Below are positions 40,971-50,926 of a DNA stretch of 64,000 nucleotides, piece after piece; the stretch's first letter is position 1, and the number at the start of each line of letters is the position of its first letter. Under the pieces are notes generated by a model. The model was not told where the DNA came from and searched no databases. It was given only the letters and a program-made list of their open reading frames with translations. The DNA is from an uncultured cyanobacterium (GTDB lineage: Bacteria; Cyanobacteriota; Cyanobacteriia; Cyanobacteriales; Nostocaceae): positions 736,001 to 800,000 of the forward strand of contig OY970166.1 in assembly GCA_963706595.1 (NCBI GenBank), given 5' to 3'. A program made the translations under genes and the position numbers.

Positions 40971-41756
40971 GTGACTATAAAAATTAGTAATCTTTCCAAG
41001 AGTTTTAAAGGTAAGACAGCACTAAAACACATATCATGCAAAATTAATGAAGGAGAAATGGTTACCCTTATAGGTGCATCTGGCTCAGGCAAATCTACAC
41101 TTTTGCGGCACATAAATGGTTTACAGATTGGAGATGCCGGCACGGTTCATATTTTTGACACCGTTTTACAAAGCAAAGGAAAACCATCTTCTAAAATTAG
41201 GTTTCTACGAAGCTACATAGGCTGTATATTTCAACAGTTTAATTTAGTCAATCGGCTGACAGTTCTCGAAAACGTTCTTATTGGTAACTTAGCAAGATTG
41301 TCTATTTTACGCTCAACATTACACTTATTTACTAAAGAAGAAAAACTTCGCGCTCTTGCTGTACTAGAACGAGTAGGCATTATTGAACACGCTTATAAAC
41401 GGGCATCTCTGCTTTCTGGAGGACAACAGCAAAGAGTGGCGATCGCTCGCTGTTTAGTGCAAGGAGCGAAAATTATCCTGGCTGATGAACCCATTGCTTC
41501 CCTAGATCCTGAGTCGGCGCGTAAAGTCATGGAGTTACTTGTGCAGCTAAATCGCCAAAGCGGAATCACCGTAGTAACTTCCTTACATCAGATTCAAGTG
41601 TTGCGTAGTTACTTTAATCGGGCAATCGCTCTCAGAGATGGAGAAATAATATTTGATGGTGCAACTTTAGAACTAGATGACAACAAACTCAATCAAATTT
41701 ACGGTACAGCAGTAGAAGAACTGGTGATGCGAGGACATGGCGAACTACTTCTATAA
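40971..41756 (+). CDS. phnC: Phosphonate ABC transporter ATP-binding protein
   Basis: GASGSGKST, FQQFNLVNRLTVLENVL, LSGGQQQRVAIAR and ADEPIASLDP. Confidence 0.95.
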   Translation: MTIKISNLSKSFKGKTALKHISCKINEGEMVTLIGASGSGKSTLLRHINGLQIGDAGTVHIFDTVLQSKGKPSSKIRFLRSYIGCIFQQFNLVNRLTVLENVLIGNLARLSILRSTLHLFTKEEKLRALAVLERVGIIEHAYKRASLLSGGQQQRVAIARCLVQGAKIILADEPIASLDPESARKVMELLVQLNRQSGITVVTSLHQIQVLRSYFNRAIALRDGEIIFDGATLELDDNKLNQIYGTAVEELVMRGHGELLL

Positions 41757-41929
41757 TTCCCATGAAAATATGATAAAACTTATTAAAAGCTGTTTCAAAA
41801 ATGGTGGCTATACTTTGTCAAATCGATGAACTATTAACTGTCAATGCTCAATAGATACTACCCAGTATTGGCAATAATAAATCAGATTTCCCATGTTTTT
41901 ATTTCTATCCTATAACTGACACTTAACTA

Positions 41930-42943
41930 ATGAACAGAAGATTATTTATTCAGCAAGCTTCTTTGTTTACTATGACTTTGGCAACTGCCAAGTTACTTTC
42001 AGCCTGTACTTCTAATACTGATAATAGTGCCGCAACTAGTGCCGCAACTATTAAAGAAATTAACTTTGGTGTTCTGTCTACAGAGTCTCAATCCAATCAA
42101 AGACCTCTATGGGAACCCTTTGCTGCTGCTATGTCTGGGGAAGTTGGGATTCCCATTAAACCCTTCTACGTTACACAGTATGCAGCAGTGATAGAAGCCA
42201 TGCGTTTTGGTAAAGTTCAAGCTGCTTGGTTAGGCGGTAAATCTTATATTCAAGCGTCAAAAGTCGCTGATGCAGAAGCTTTTGCTCAGGTTGTGAGTGC
42301 AGATGGTAGTAAAGGCTACTATTCGCATTTAATTACTAATAAAGATAATCCCATTCTTGCGTCAGCTAAAGCAGCAGGTGCGGATAAATACATCATTAAC
42401 AATGCAGGTAAGCTGACTTTTGCTTTTAATGATCCTAATTCTACTTCTGGGTTTTTAGTTCCCAGTTACTATATTTTTACAAAAAATAATGTTGACCCTA
42501 AGAAGGCTTTTAAACGGTTAATCTTTGCTGGTAATCATGAAGCCTCAGCTTTGGCTGTAGCTAATAACCAGATAGATGTCGCTACTATCAGTAATGAAGC
42601 ATTAAGTCGTTTAGAAAGAACCAACCCTACAGCCAGACAAAAAATTGCAATTATTTGGCAATCACCACTAATTCCCAGTGATCCAATTGTTTATCGTCGG
42701 GATTTACCAGCAGATATTAAAGAGAAATTACGCAACTTTTTCTATAATTATCAAGATGCTGAAGTGTTAGCACCATTTGAAATTTCTAGGTTTGTACAGG
42801 CTGACGATAAAACTTGGCACACAATTCGAGAATTAGATATTGCTAAAAATATCCAAGAAATTCAAGCTCAAACAAATCTGAATGAATCAGAAAAACAGCA
42901 AAAGATAACAGAACTCAATCAGCAACTCCAAGAAATTCAATAA
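41930..42943 (+). CDS. phnD: Phosphonate ABC transporter substrate-binding lipoprotein
   Basis: Lipobox LSAC, DPNSTSGFLVP and AGNHE. Confidence 0.95.
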   Translation: MNRRLFIQQASLFTMTLATAKLLSACTSNTDNSAATSAATIKEINFGVLSTESQSNQRPLWEPFAAAMSGEVGIPIKPFYVTQYAAVIEAMRFGKVQAAWLGGKSYIQASKVADAEAFAQVVSADGSKGYYSHLITNKDNPILASAKAAGADKYIINNAGKLTFAFNDPNSTSGFLVPSYYIFTKNNVDPKKAFKRLIFAGNHEASALAVANNQIDVATISNEALSRLERTNPTARQKIAIIWQSPLIPSDPIVYRRDLPADIKEKLRNFFYNYQDAEVLAPFEISRFVQADDKTWHTIRELDIAKNIQEIQAQTNLNESEKQQKITELNQQLQEIQ

Positions 42944-42966
42944 AATTAGATGGGAATTAGAACAAA

Positions 42967-43791
42967 GTGCCGTCACGAAATAAGATAATTACTAATGCAT
43001 CTCCTACCGTAATAGCAATGTTGGAAAAAGAGGCAAAACTTCTGAACACCAAAAGAGTTTTGTTTCTTTTAGTAGTTGGTGCTGCATTGATTTTTTCTTC
43101 TCGTCAAAGTGAGTTAAATTTCCCTGTACTGCTACAACAAGGAGAGAATATGGTGGAATATGTAAATGCATATTTTCCGCCAGATTTTAGCGATTGGGAT
43201 TATTATTTCTCAGAAACTGTCATTACTATCTCTATGGGAGTTTGGGGAACTTTAATGGCGGCGATTACAGCTGTTCCTCTATCTATCCTAGCATCTAATA
43301 ATATGTGTCCAATCTGGGTTGTACAACCGACACGTCGCGTCTTAGATGCTATGCGTGCGATTAATGAAATCGTCTTTGCACTAATATTTGTAGTAGCTGT
43401 AGGTTTAGGGCCTTTTGCTGGTGTATTAGCCTTATTTGTGAATACTACCGGCGTTTTAGGTAAACTGTTTTCAGAAGCTGTAGAATCAATTGAGCCAGGC
43501 CCTGTAGAAGGAATTAGAGCCACTGGTGCAAGTCACATTCAAGAAGTTATTTATGGAGTGATTCCTCAAGTAATGCCTTTATGGACTTCTTTTACTCTCT
43601 ATAGATTTGAGTCTAATGTCCGTTCTGCTTCTGTCTTGGGAATTGTCGGTGCTGGTGGTATTGGTGTTTCATTATACCAAAGTTTTGGTTCTTTTCAATA
43701 CCAAAAAGTCTGTGCAATTTTGATTATTTTGGTCATTGCTACAGGTCTGATTGATTTACTTTCTGCCAAGGTGAGAAGGTGGCTCATCTAG
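42967..43791 (+). CDS. phnE: Phosphonate ABC transporter permease
   Basis: GLGPFAG, KLFSEAVE and YRFESNVRSASVLGIVGAGGIG. Confidence 0.95.
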   Translation: MPSRNKIITNASPTVIAMLEKEAKLLNTKRVLFLLVVGAALIFSSRQSELNFPVLLQQGENMVEYVNAYFPPDFSDWDYYFSETVITISMGVWGTLMAAITAVPLSILASNNMCPIWVVQPTRRVLDAMRAINEIVFALIFVVAVGLGPFAGVLALFVNTTGVLGKLFSEAVESIEPGPVEGIRATGASHIQEVIYGVIPQVMPLWTSFTLYRFESNVRSASVLGIVGAGGIGVSLYQSFGSFQYQKVCAILIILVIATGLIDLLSAKVRRWLI

Positions 43792-43823
43792 ATATTACCT
43801 ATTCCTTGTCCCAGGGGTTTTCT

Positions 43824-44552
43824 TCAGTCATTTTCAAAAAATAACTCCATGCGATCGCCCCGCAGTCGAGTTACACCATACTCAATGATATTACCTGTGT
43901 CATCAACGTTCACAGACTCCGCTAACAAGATGGGTTGATTGAGGGGTAATTGTAGCCATTTTGCATCTTGAGGCTGGACTAGACGAGCAGAAACACAGGT
44001 ACTGCGGCGTATGTGGTCACATCCATATACCTGTTGTAAAAACTGAGATATTGATTGCTGTTCTTGCAAAATCTTGATGTTTTCCGGCTCTAAGAAATCT
44101 GGGAAGCGTTTCAGGGGAAAATATCCAGTACCCACGCTAATGGGTTCTTCATCTGCTAAACCTAAACGTTCAATTAACGCTACTGGCTGACCATAAGGAA
44201 TCTCTAATCCTTTAGCGATCGCATTGTCAGCAGGTACATCTAAGACGCGTAATAGTTGAAACCTAGCTTGCCAACCTTGAGCTTTTAACGTTTGATTGTA
44301 ACGCACTCGCTTACCAATAGCGTAGCGAATGGTTTTCCCCGCGACAAAAGTTCCCCTTCCCCGGTCAATTCGTAACAATCCCTCGTTTTTTAGTAAGGCG
44401 ATCGCCTGTCTGAGGGTATGACGATTGACAGCAAATTGTTCTGCTAACTTGGTTTCTGTTGGTAGTTGTTCCCCAATCTGATAAACCCCTTGATGAATAT
44501 TTTGTCGCAGTTGGTCGGCAATCTGGATATAAATCGGCATTATTTCTTTCAT
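43824..44552 (-). CDS. phnF: GntR/HutC-family phosphonate regulator
   Basis: N-terminal wHTH LPTE..LA..FAVNRHTLRQA plus a UTRA-like C-terminus. Confidence 0.93.
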   Translation of the reverse strand: MKEIMPIYIQIADQLRQNIHQGVYQIGEQLPTETKLAEQFAVNRHTLRQAIALLKNEGLLRIDRGRGTFVAGKTIRYAIGKRVRYNQTLKAQGWQARFQLLRVLDVPADNAIAKGLEIPYGQPVALIERLGLADEEPISVGTGYFPLKRFPDFLEPENIKILQEQQSISQFLQQVYGCDHIRRSTCVSARLVQPQDAKWLQLPLNQPILLAESVNVDDTGNIIEYGVTRLRGDRMELFFEND

Positions 44553-44598
44553 GTATCAATATTTAGATTGTCAAGTTGTCAGAATTACGCTAATCTAC

Positions 44599-44637
44599 TT
44601 TTATCTAGATGTCTAGACAAGTTAAGAATAGTTTAAA
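44599..44637. promoter_or_regulatory. Candidate PhnF operator plus Pho-box-like repeats (copy 1)
   Basis: TTTTATCTAGATGTCTAGACAAGTTAAGAATAGTTTAAA lies between divergent phnF and phnH and recurs at 47026-47065. Confidence 0.7.
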
Positions 44638-44659
44638 ACAAAATACCACAAAGCTGATA

Positions 44660-44844
44660 CAGGACTTACGCAAAATTATGAAAAAACGTATAGCCTTCGG
44701 CATAGCTTCCGCTTAACGCGTAGCGCATACCGCATATCGCTTTAGCGATACGCTTACCGCGTTAGCGTCTCCCCTTCTCCCAAAGGGAGAGGCTAGCGCC
44801 AAGGGAGAAGTCAAGAGGTTTCAGAGAGTTTTTGCCTAAGTCCT
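44660..44844. mobile_element. MITE with nested small repeats in the phnF-phnH intergenic region
   Basis: Inverted ends AGGACTTACGCAAAA ... TTTTGCCTAAGTCCT around a GC-rich hairpin core. Confidence 0.7.
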
Positions 44845-44930
44845 ATTATAAAATCGATTTCTTCACAGATGATTGCTCACTAACCCGTGTCTGAAGGCGA
44901 TGGGTTTGCACACATTCTACAGCGATTTTT

Positions 44931-45527
44931 ATGTCAAATATAGTTACTCATTTACCTGGCTTTCAAGACTCAATTCATGATAGCCAACAGACATTTCGGG
45001 CGCTGCTTGATGCTAATGCTCGACCAGGGATACCTAAGAATATAACTGTCCAGATGAGCGTACCTTTGGGTTTAACGCCTGCTTGTGGGGCTGCTTGTTT
45101 GACATTGCTAGATTTGGATGTTGTGGTATGGTTACAGCCAAGTTTTGCTACTCCAGTTAGAGAGTGGTTGTTGTTCCAGACTGGCTGTCGCTTAACTCAG
45201 TATCCAGATAAAGCTGACTTTGCCTTAATTCAAGATTTGGCAGCCTTGCCAGAATTATCTATTTTTAACATGGGGACAGGAGAAAAACCCGAAGCTTCAA
45301 CAACCTTGTTGGTACAGATAGAAAATTTTGAAATGGGACAACCTGTGATGTTGACAGGTCCAGGAATTTTAGAGCAACAAGCGATTACTCCCCTAGTTCC
45401 CCGCCATTTTTGGGATTTCTGCATGGAGAATCATCAAGCCTATCCACAAGGGGTAGATGTATTTTTATTTACGGAAAATTCAGTAATGGGTCTACCACGC
45501 ACAGCCAAAAGTGAGTTAAATCAGTGA
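44931..45527 (+). CDS. phnH: C-P lyase subunit PhnH
   Basis: SQQTFRALLDA.ARPG, LTLLD, LTGPGI and YPQGVD. Confidence 0.93.
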   Translation: MSNIVTHLPGFQDSIHDSQQTFRALLDANARPGIPKNITVQMSVPLGLTPACGAACLTLLDLDVVVWLQPSFATPVREWLLFQTGCRLTQYPDKADFALIQDLAALPELSIFNMGTGEKPEASTTLLVQIENFEMGQPVMLTGPGILEQQAITPLVPRHFWDFCMENHQAYPQGVDVFLFTENSVMGLPRTAKSELNQ

Positions 45528-46723
45528 AAACAAACCAAACTATTCTAGATTCATCAACACGAAGTAACACAAAAATTGCTATCCAAGGAGTAAATGTACT
45601 AGCTCCCAATGGGTGGTTAAAAGATGCCACGGTTCTCATTGAAAATGGGCAATTTACTAGCATTGATCAGGCAATTACTCCTGATGGATTTCATCTGGTA
45701 AATGCTCAAGGACTCCAGATGTTACCAGGGATTATTGACTTACACGGTGATGCTTTTGAAAGAATGATTTGTCCCCGCCCCGGAGTCAACTTTCCTCTAC
45801 CAATAGCGATCGCAGATAATGACCGCAACCTCTTAGCATCAGGGATCACAACTTTTTATTGCTCCATCACCGACTCCTACGAACCAGGTTTACGTAGCCG
45901 AGAATCTGCTCGTAAGTTAATTGACTTCATCTTAGGGACAGGAAAACAAGTTTTAAATTGCAACCATCGCATTCATATCAGACATGAAGAAGCGAATATC
46001 GCCGGACATCAAGAGTTGTGTGATTGGCTAGGATCTGGGTGCGTGCAGATTTTGTCGATCAACGACCACTTACCACCTCCAGGAAATCAAAAAAGATTTA
46101 GCCGATATCTCAACAGTGTGAAGCAAAGATCATCTATGTCCATAGAAGAAATCGAACAATTAATCACACAAGTAACAGAACGGCGACATGAAGGATACGC
46201 TCAACTAGAACAACTGGTGGATTTAGCCCACACCTACGGTATTTCTCTCGCTTCCCACGATGATGACACCCCAGAAAAGGTAGCACTCAGTAAACAACGC
46301 CAAGTAGCGATCGCCGAATTTCCTGCTAATGTATCCTTGGCTGCGAAATCTCGTGAATATGGTGCATCTGTTCTCATGGGTGCGCCTAATTTAGTGCGTG
46401 GTGGCTCTCACCTGGGTTTGATGAGTGTAGCTGAAGCAGTTAAACATAATGTTCTTGATTGTCTTTGTTCGGATTACCATTATCCTTCCTTATTTTATGC
46501 GCCCTTCAAGTTAAAAGAATTAGGGTTAATGTCCTTTGAACAAGCATGGTCATTAGTTTCCAGCCGACCAGCAGCATCTGTCAAAATTAGCGATCGCAAA
46601 GGTAAAATTGCTCCAGGTTTAGATGCTGATTTTCTGTTAGTAGCTCCTGACCATCCTTTACCATCTGCGATCGCATCTGTTTATGTAGTAGGAAAAGAAG
46701 TTGCTCGATATCATATCAGATAA
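45524..46723 (+). CDS. phnM: PhnM-like amidohydrolase (first paralog)
   Basis: LPGIIDLHGDAFE, ASHDD, AEFP, MGAPNLVRGGSH and SDY. Confidence 0.88.
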   Translation: MKTNQTILDSSTRSNTKIAIQGVNVLAPNGWLKDATVLIENGQFTSIDQAITPDGFHLVNAQGLQMLPGIIDLHGDAFERMICPRPGVNFPLPIAIADNDRNLLASGITTFYCSITDSYEPGLRSRESARKLIDFILGTGKQVLNCNHRIHIRHEEANIAGHQELCDWLGSGCVQILSINDHLPPPGNQKRFSRYLNSVKQRSSMSIEEIEQLITQVTERRHEGYAQLEQLVDLAHTYGISLASHDDDTPEKVALSKQRQVAIAEFPANVSLAAKSREYGASVLMGAPNLVRGGSHLGLMSVAEAVKHNVLDCLCSDYHYPSLFYAPFKLKELGLMSFEQAWSLVSSRPAASVKISDRKGKIAPGLDADFLLVAPDHPLPSAIASVYVVGKEVARYHIR

Positions 46724-46725
46724 TT

Positions 46726-46826
46726 ATGCAACCAACCATTGACCATTTTTTGAATTGTTTTGACGCATTATTGATCTGTTCACTCAAAAGGGTTCTCAAT
46801 TGTATGGTGCGGAAGCCGTTAGCTAG
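46726..46826 (+). pseudogene. 5' remnant of an HD-domain phosphonate oxygenase-like (PhnZ-type) gene
   Basis: ATG 2 bp after the phnM stop gives MQPTID, then out of frame IIDLFTQKGSQLYGAEAVS*, cut by a MITE. It resembles the Y.GE.VSQLEH N-terminal motif. Confidence 0.55.
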
Positions 46827-47025
46827 CTAGTACCGTACGGCGGAAGTCAAAAATCTTATCCTCTAGGCTTTTTATTGATTTTGAATGGTCTGTTTATTTA
46901 CGCCGACTTGTACTAGAACAAGCTTTGCAATTATTCAATTGATTGCATTTGTGTGAAAATCTTGATGTTTTTTGGCTCAAAAAAATGATGTCTATTGTCA
47001 ATTAACTGAAATTGAGTTAATGTAT

Positions 47026-47065
47026 TTTTATCTAGATGTCTAGATGAATTTAAGATTAGTTTAAA
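47026..47065. promoter_or_regulatory. Candidate PhnF operator plus Pho-box-like repeats (copy 2)
   Basis: TTTTATCTAGATGTCTAGATGAATTTAAGATTAGTTTAAA upstream of phnG. Confidence 0.7.
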
Positions 47066-47123
47066 GTAACTTCAGTTGGTAAACACAATTGGGAAAAGAA
47101 TAATTGCTACACTCTGGAGGAAA

Positions 47124-47585
47124 ATGGCTACCATAAGGCAAAGACAAGCTTGGATGGCAACATTAGCTAAAGCCGAACCAAAACCATTAGAAGTATTAAT
47201 CAGCAAATTAGATACATTACCCGGCTATAGTTTTTTACGTTCTCCAGAGACTGGTTTAGTGATGGTTCAAGGACGTGCTGGGGGTACGGGAAAACCATTT
47301 AACCTGGGAGACATGACGATAACTCGCTGTGTAGTACAGCTAGAAAGCTTAGGAACAGAGGAATCCATAACTGGATTTGGTTATGTTGGCGGGCGATCGC
47401 ACCGACACGCTGAATTAGCAGCTTTTTGTGATGCCTTACTGCAAAGTCCCAAATGGCATGATCAGATTCAAGCTGAAGTAATTCAACCACTCCAAGCAGA
47501 AAGCCAGCAACAGCAAGAACTTAAACAACGCCAAACTGCTGCCACTCAGGTTAACTTTTTTACAATGATGAGGGGACAAGGGTAA
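47124..47585 (+). CDS. phnG: C-P lyase subunit PhnG
   Basis: GGAGG RBS before ATG 47124; RQAWMATLA, PETGLVMVQGRAGGTG.PFNLG and TAATQVNFFTM. Confidence 0.93.
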   Translation: MATIRQRQAWMATLAKAEPKPLEVLISKLDTLPGYSFLRSPETGLVMVQGRAGGTGKPFNLGDMTITRCVVQLESLGTEESITGFGYVGGRSHRHAELAAFCDALLQSPKWHDQIQAEVIQPLQAESQQQQELKQRQTAATQVNFFTMMRGQG

Positions 47586-47641
47586 ATTGTCAAAAGTCTA
47601 AACTCCAATTAATTAACCAAGTTAAAAAAAGAGTAAAAATC

Positions 47642-48778
47642 ATGCCATACGTTGCAGTCAAAGGTGGTGAACAAGCAATCCAAAATGCCGAGACATTACT
47701 GCAAAGCAAACGCCGGGGTAAACCGAATATTCCCGAACTGACTCTAGACCAGATTGAACAACAGTTGACCCTAGCAGTAGAGAGGGTGATGTGCGAAGGC
47801 AATTTATATGACCGAGGATTAGCAGCTTTAGCTATCAAACAATCCTGGGGAGATTTAGTAGAAGCAATTTTTTTAATTCGAGCCTATCGAACAACACTGC
47901 CATGCTTATACTACAGCCAGCCCTTAGACACCAGCAAAATACAGATTCAACGGCGAATTTCCTCCATCTTTAAAGATGTTCCAGGAGGGCAAAATTTAGG
48001 GCCGACCTTTGACTACATCCACCGCTTGCTAGATTTCAAACTGATGGCAGAAAGCGAAGTTTCCCCTGCACCAGAAGCAGAGGCGACCAATGAACCTGTT
48101 CCCTATGTGATTGACACATTAGATCAAGAAGGATTGGTGCAGGCGGAAGTAGGAGAAATAGAAGGAGAAGAACCATTTGACTTAACTCGCCAACCCCTGA
48201 CCTTTCCCGCCGAAAGGGATGCGAGACTTCAGAATTTAGCGCGTGCAGATGAGGGCTTTTTGCTATCGCTGGCATACTCTACTCAACGAGGCTACGGCAG
48301 AAATCATCCATTTGCGGGGGAAATTCGCATGGGAGAAGTAGAAGTAGTAATTTGTCCTGAAGAATTGGGATTTGAAATCGCGATCGCGGATATAACAATC
48401 ACTGAAGTGCAGATGGTGAATCAGTTTCAAGGTAGTAAAGAATTACCCGCCCAATTCACTCGCGGTTATGGGCTAACCTTTGGCTACAATGAGCGCAAAG
48501 CTATGTCAATGGCCTTAGTAGATAGGGCAATGCGAGCTGAAGAATTGGGTGAAACGGTAGATAGTCCGGCTCAAAATATTGAATTTGTACTTTCTCACTC
48601 TGACAACGTAGAAGCACAGGGATTTGTCCAACACTTGAAATTGCCTCACTACATTGACTTTCAGGCAGAGTTAAATTTAGTACGCAAAATGCGACAGAAT
48701 CAACAGCCAGAGAAAAATCATGATGTGCCTCACGCAGAGACGCAGAGACGCAGAGAGGAAGTGAGAAAAGCCAAATGA
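47642..48778 (+). CDS. phnI: C-P lyase subunit PhnI
   Basis: YVAVKGGE.AI, QRRISSIFKDVPGGQ and GFVQHLKLPHY. Confidence 0.96.
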   Translation: MPYVAVKGGEQAIQNAETLLQSKRRGKPNIPELTLDQIEQQLTLAVERVMCEGNLYDRGLAALAIKQSWGDLVEAIFLIRAYRTTLPCLYYSQPLDTSKIQIQRRISSIFKDVPGGQNLGPTFDYIHRLLDFKLMAESEVSPAPEAEATNEPVPYVIDTLDQEGLVQAEVGEIEGEEPFDLTRQPLTFPAERDARLQNLARADEGFLLSLAYSTQRGYGRNHPFAGEIRMGEVEVVICPEELGFEIAIADITITEVQMVNQFQGSKELPAQFTRGYGLTFGYNERKAMSMALVDRAMRAEELGETVDSPAQNIEFVLSHSDNVEAQGFVQHLKLPHYIDFQAELNLVRKMRQNQQPEKNHDVPHAETQRRREEVRKAK

Positions 48779-49185
48779 TTACAGGAATTAACCATATAAC
48801 TTTATCAGTTGCCGATATAGAAGAATCTTTTAATTTCTACACCCAAGTTTTAGGTTGTCAAGCGATCGCTAAATGGCAACAAGGAGCTTATTTAATAGCA
48901 GGTAATCTATGGCTGTGCCTATCCTGGGATTCCCACACCCGCACCAGTCCGGCAACCGAATACACACATATTGCTTTTACTATTTCTGAACATGATTTTC
49001 CAGAATATAGCGATCGCTTGCTCAAACTTGGCATCCAACAATGGAAACAAAACACCAGTGAAGGAGATTCTATATATATTCTCGACCCAGACCACCACAA
49101 ATTAGAACTACACGTAGGGAACCTATCAACCAGAATCGCCGCCACGAAACAATCCCCCTACGAAAACATGGAATTTTTTGTCTAA
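48775..49185 (+). CDS. FosA-like VOC/glyoxalase protein (fosfomycin-resistance thiol transferase family)
   Basis: GINHITLSV, YTHIAF and SEGDSIYILDPD.HKLELHVG.L..R with His/His/Glu metal ligands; overlaps the phnI stop. Confidence 0.85.
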   Translation: MITGINHITLSVADIEESFNFYTQVLGCQAIAKWQQGAYLIAGNLWLCLSWDSHTRTSPATEYTHIAFTISEHDFPEYSDRLLKLGIQQWKQNTSEGDSIYILDPDHHKLELHVGNLSTRIAATKQSPYENMEFFV

Positions 49186-49215
49186 AAATCTCTGCGTGAC
49201 TCTGCGTTTAAAAAA

Positions 49216-50076
49216 ATGCCCCAATCACAAACCCAAACCCAAACCGGCTTCAACTTTGCTTACCTCGACGAACAAACCAAACGCTCAATTCGTCGCGCCT
49301 TACTCAAAGCCATTGCTATCCCAGGACATCAAATTCCCTTTTCTTCCAGAGAAATGCCCATGTCATACGGCTGGGGAACTGGAGGAATGCAAGTCACAGC
49401 AGCTGTAATTGGTCAAACTGATGTTCTTAAAGTCATCGACCAAGGTGCAGACGACACCACCAACGCCGTGAATATTCGCCGCTTTTTCAAAAAAGTGTGC
49501 GGGATAGAAACAACAGAACAAACAGAAAAAGCCACCCTGATCCAGACCCGCCACCGCATACCTGAAACACCACTGAGGGAAGGACAAATTTTAGTTTACC
49601 AAGTGCCAATTCCCGAACCTTTACGCTGGCTCGAACCCTCATCTGTAGAAACGGGCAAAATGCACGCCCTAGAAGAGTACGGGCCAATGTACGTCAAGCT
49701 GTATGAAGATATTACCAAGCACGGACACATTGCCACATCCTACGATTACCCCGTAATGGTGCATGACCGTTATTTAATGAGTCCTAGTCCCATACCACGT
49801 TTCGATAATCCCAAAATGCAGATGAATCCAGCACTCCAATTATTTGGTGCTGGAAGAGAAAAGCGCATCTATGCCGTACCACCTTATACCAAAGTTAAAA
49901 GCCTCGACTTTGAAGACCACCCCTTTACTGTCGAACGATGGCATCAAGCCTGTGAGTTATGTGGTTCTACTGAGAGCTACCTAGACGAAGTATTAATTAA
50001 CGACAAAGGAGGCAGGCTGTGGATTTGTTCAGATACAGACTATTGCCGCCAGCAACAGCAGCAAAGAATGTCTTAA
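49216..50076 (+). CDS. phnJ: Radical-SAM C-P lyase PhnJ
   Basis: YGWGTGG, LIQTRHRIPE and the CxxC...CSDTDYC cysteine cluster. Confidence 0.97.
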   Translation: MPQSQTQTQTGFNFAYLDEQTKRSIRRALLKAIAIPGHQIPFSSREMPMSYGWGTGGMQVTAAVIGQTDVLKVIDQGADDTTNAVNIRRFFKKVCGIETTEQTEKATLIQTRHRIPETPLREGQILVYQVPIPEPLRWLEPSSVETGKMHALEEYGPMYVKLYEDITKHGHIATSYDYPVMVHDRYLMSPSPIPRFDNPKMQMNPALQLFGAGREKRIYAVPPYTKVKSLDFEDHPFTVERWHQACELCGSTESYLDEVLINDKGGRLWICSDTDYCRQQQQQRMS

Positions 50077-50095
50077 TTACGAATTACGAATTAAC

Positions 50096-50866
50096 ATGAA
50101 GCCTATTTTACAGATACAAGAACTAAGTAAATCTTACAATCAAATCCAGGCTTGTGATCGCATCTCTTTTGATTTGTATCCTGGACAAGTTCTCGGTATT
50201 GTCGGTGAATCAGGGTCGGGTAAGTCTACTTTGCTCAAAGCGATCGCCAATAATATTACTATCGATAAAGGTAACGTTATTTACAAAAGTCGCCAAGAAA
50301 AATATTTAGAGATCACCCAACTTCCAGAACATCAACGCCGTTGGTTGATGCGAACCGAGTGGGGTTTTGTCCAACAAAATCCTCGTGACGGCTTACGAAT
50401 GCAAGTAAGTGCAGGAGCAAACATTGGTGAACGATTACTAGATATTGGAGTCCGACACTATGGCAAAATTCGGGATGAAGCGGCGCACTGGTTACAACAA
50501 GTAGAAATTGATCCAAAGCGAATGGATGACTTGCCAACAACTTTCTCTGGAGGGATGCAGCAAAGGCTACAGCTTGCCCGTGTGTTGGTAACGCAACCAC
50601 AGTTGATATTAATGGATGAACCCACAGGTGGACTAGACGTATCAGTCCAAGCCCGCTTATTAGACTTATTGCGATCGCTAGTCAGAAACTTTAACTTAAG
50701 TGTAATTTTAGTCACCCATGACATCGGCGTTGTCCGACTCCTAGCCCATCGCTTACTAGTAATGCAACAAGGACAAGTCGTGGAATCAGGACTAACCGAC
50801 CAAGTACTAGACAATCCACAACATCCCTACACCCAACTCCTAGTCAGCGCCGCCCTCACACCATAA
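50096..50866 (+). CDS. phnK: PhnK ATP-binding protein
   Basis: GESGSGKST, RTEWGFVQQNPRDGL and FSGGMQQR. Confidence 0.96.
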   Translation: MKPILQIQELSKSYNQIQACDRISFDLYPGQVLGIVGESGSGKSTLLKAIANNITIDKGNVIYKSRQEKYLEITQLPEHQRRWLMRTEWGFVQQNPRDGLRMQVSAGANIGERLLDIGVRHYGKIRDEAAHWLQQVEIDPKRMDDLPTTFSGGMQQRLQLARVLVTQPQLILMDEPTGGLDVSVQARLLDLLRSLVRNFNLSVILVTHDIGVVRLLAHRLLVMQQGQVVESGLTDQVLDNPQHPYTQLLVSAALTP

Positions 50867-50926
50867 TTCCTCCTTCTTTCCTTCTTTCCTCCTTTGCGCC
50901 TTTGCGCCTTTGCGTGAGATAAAAAA

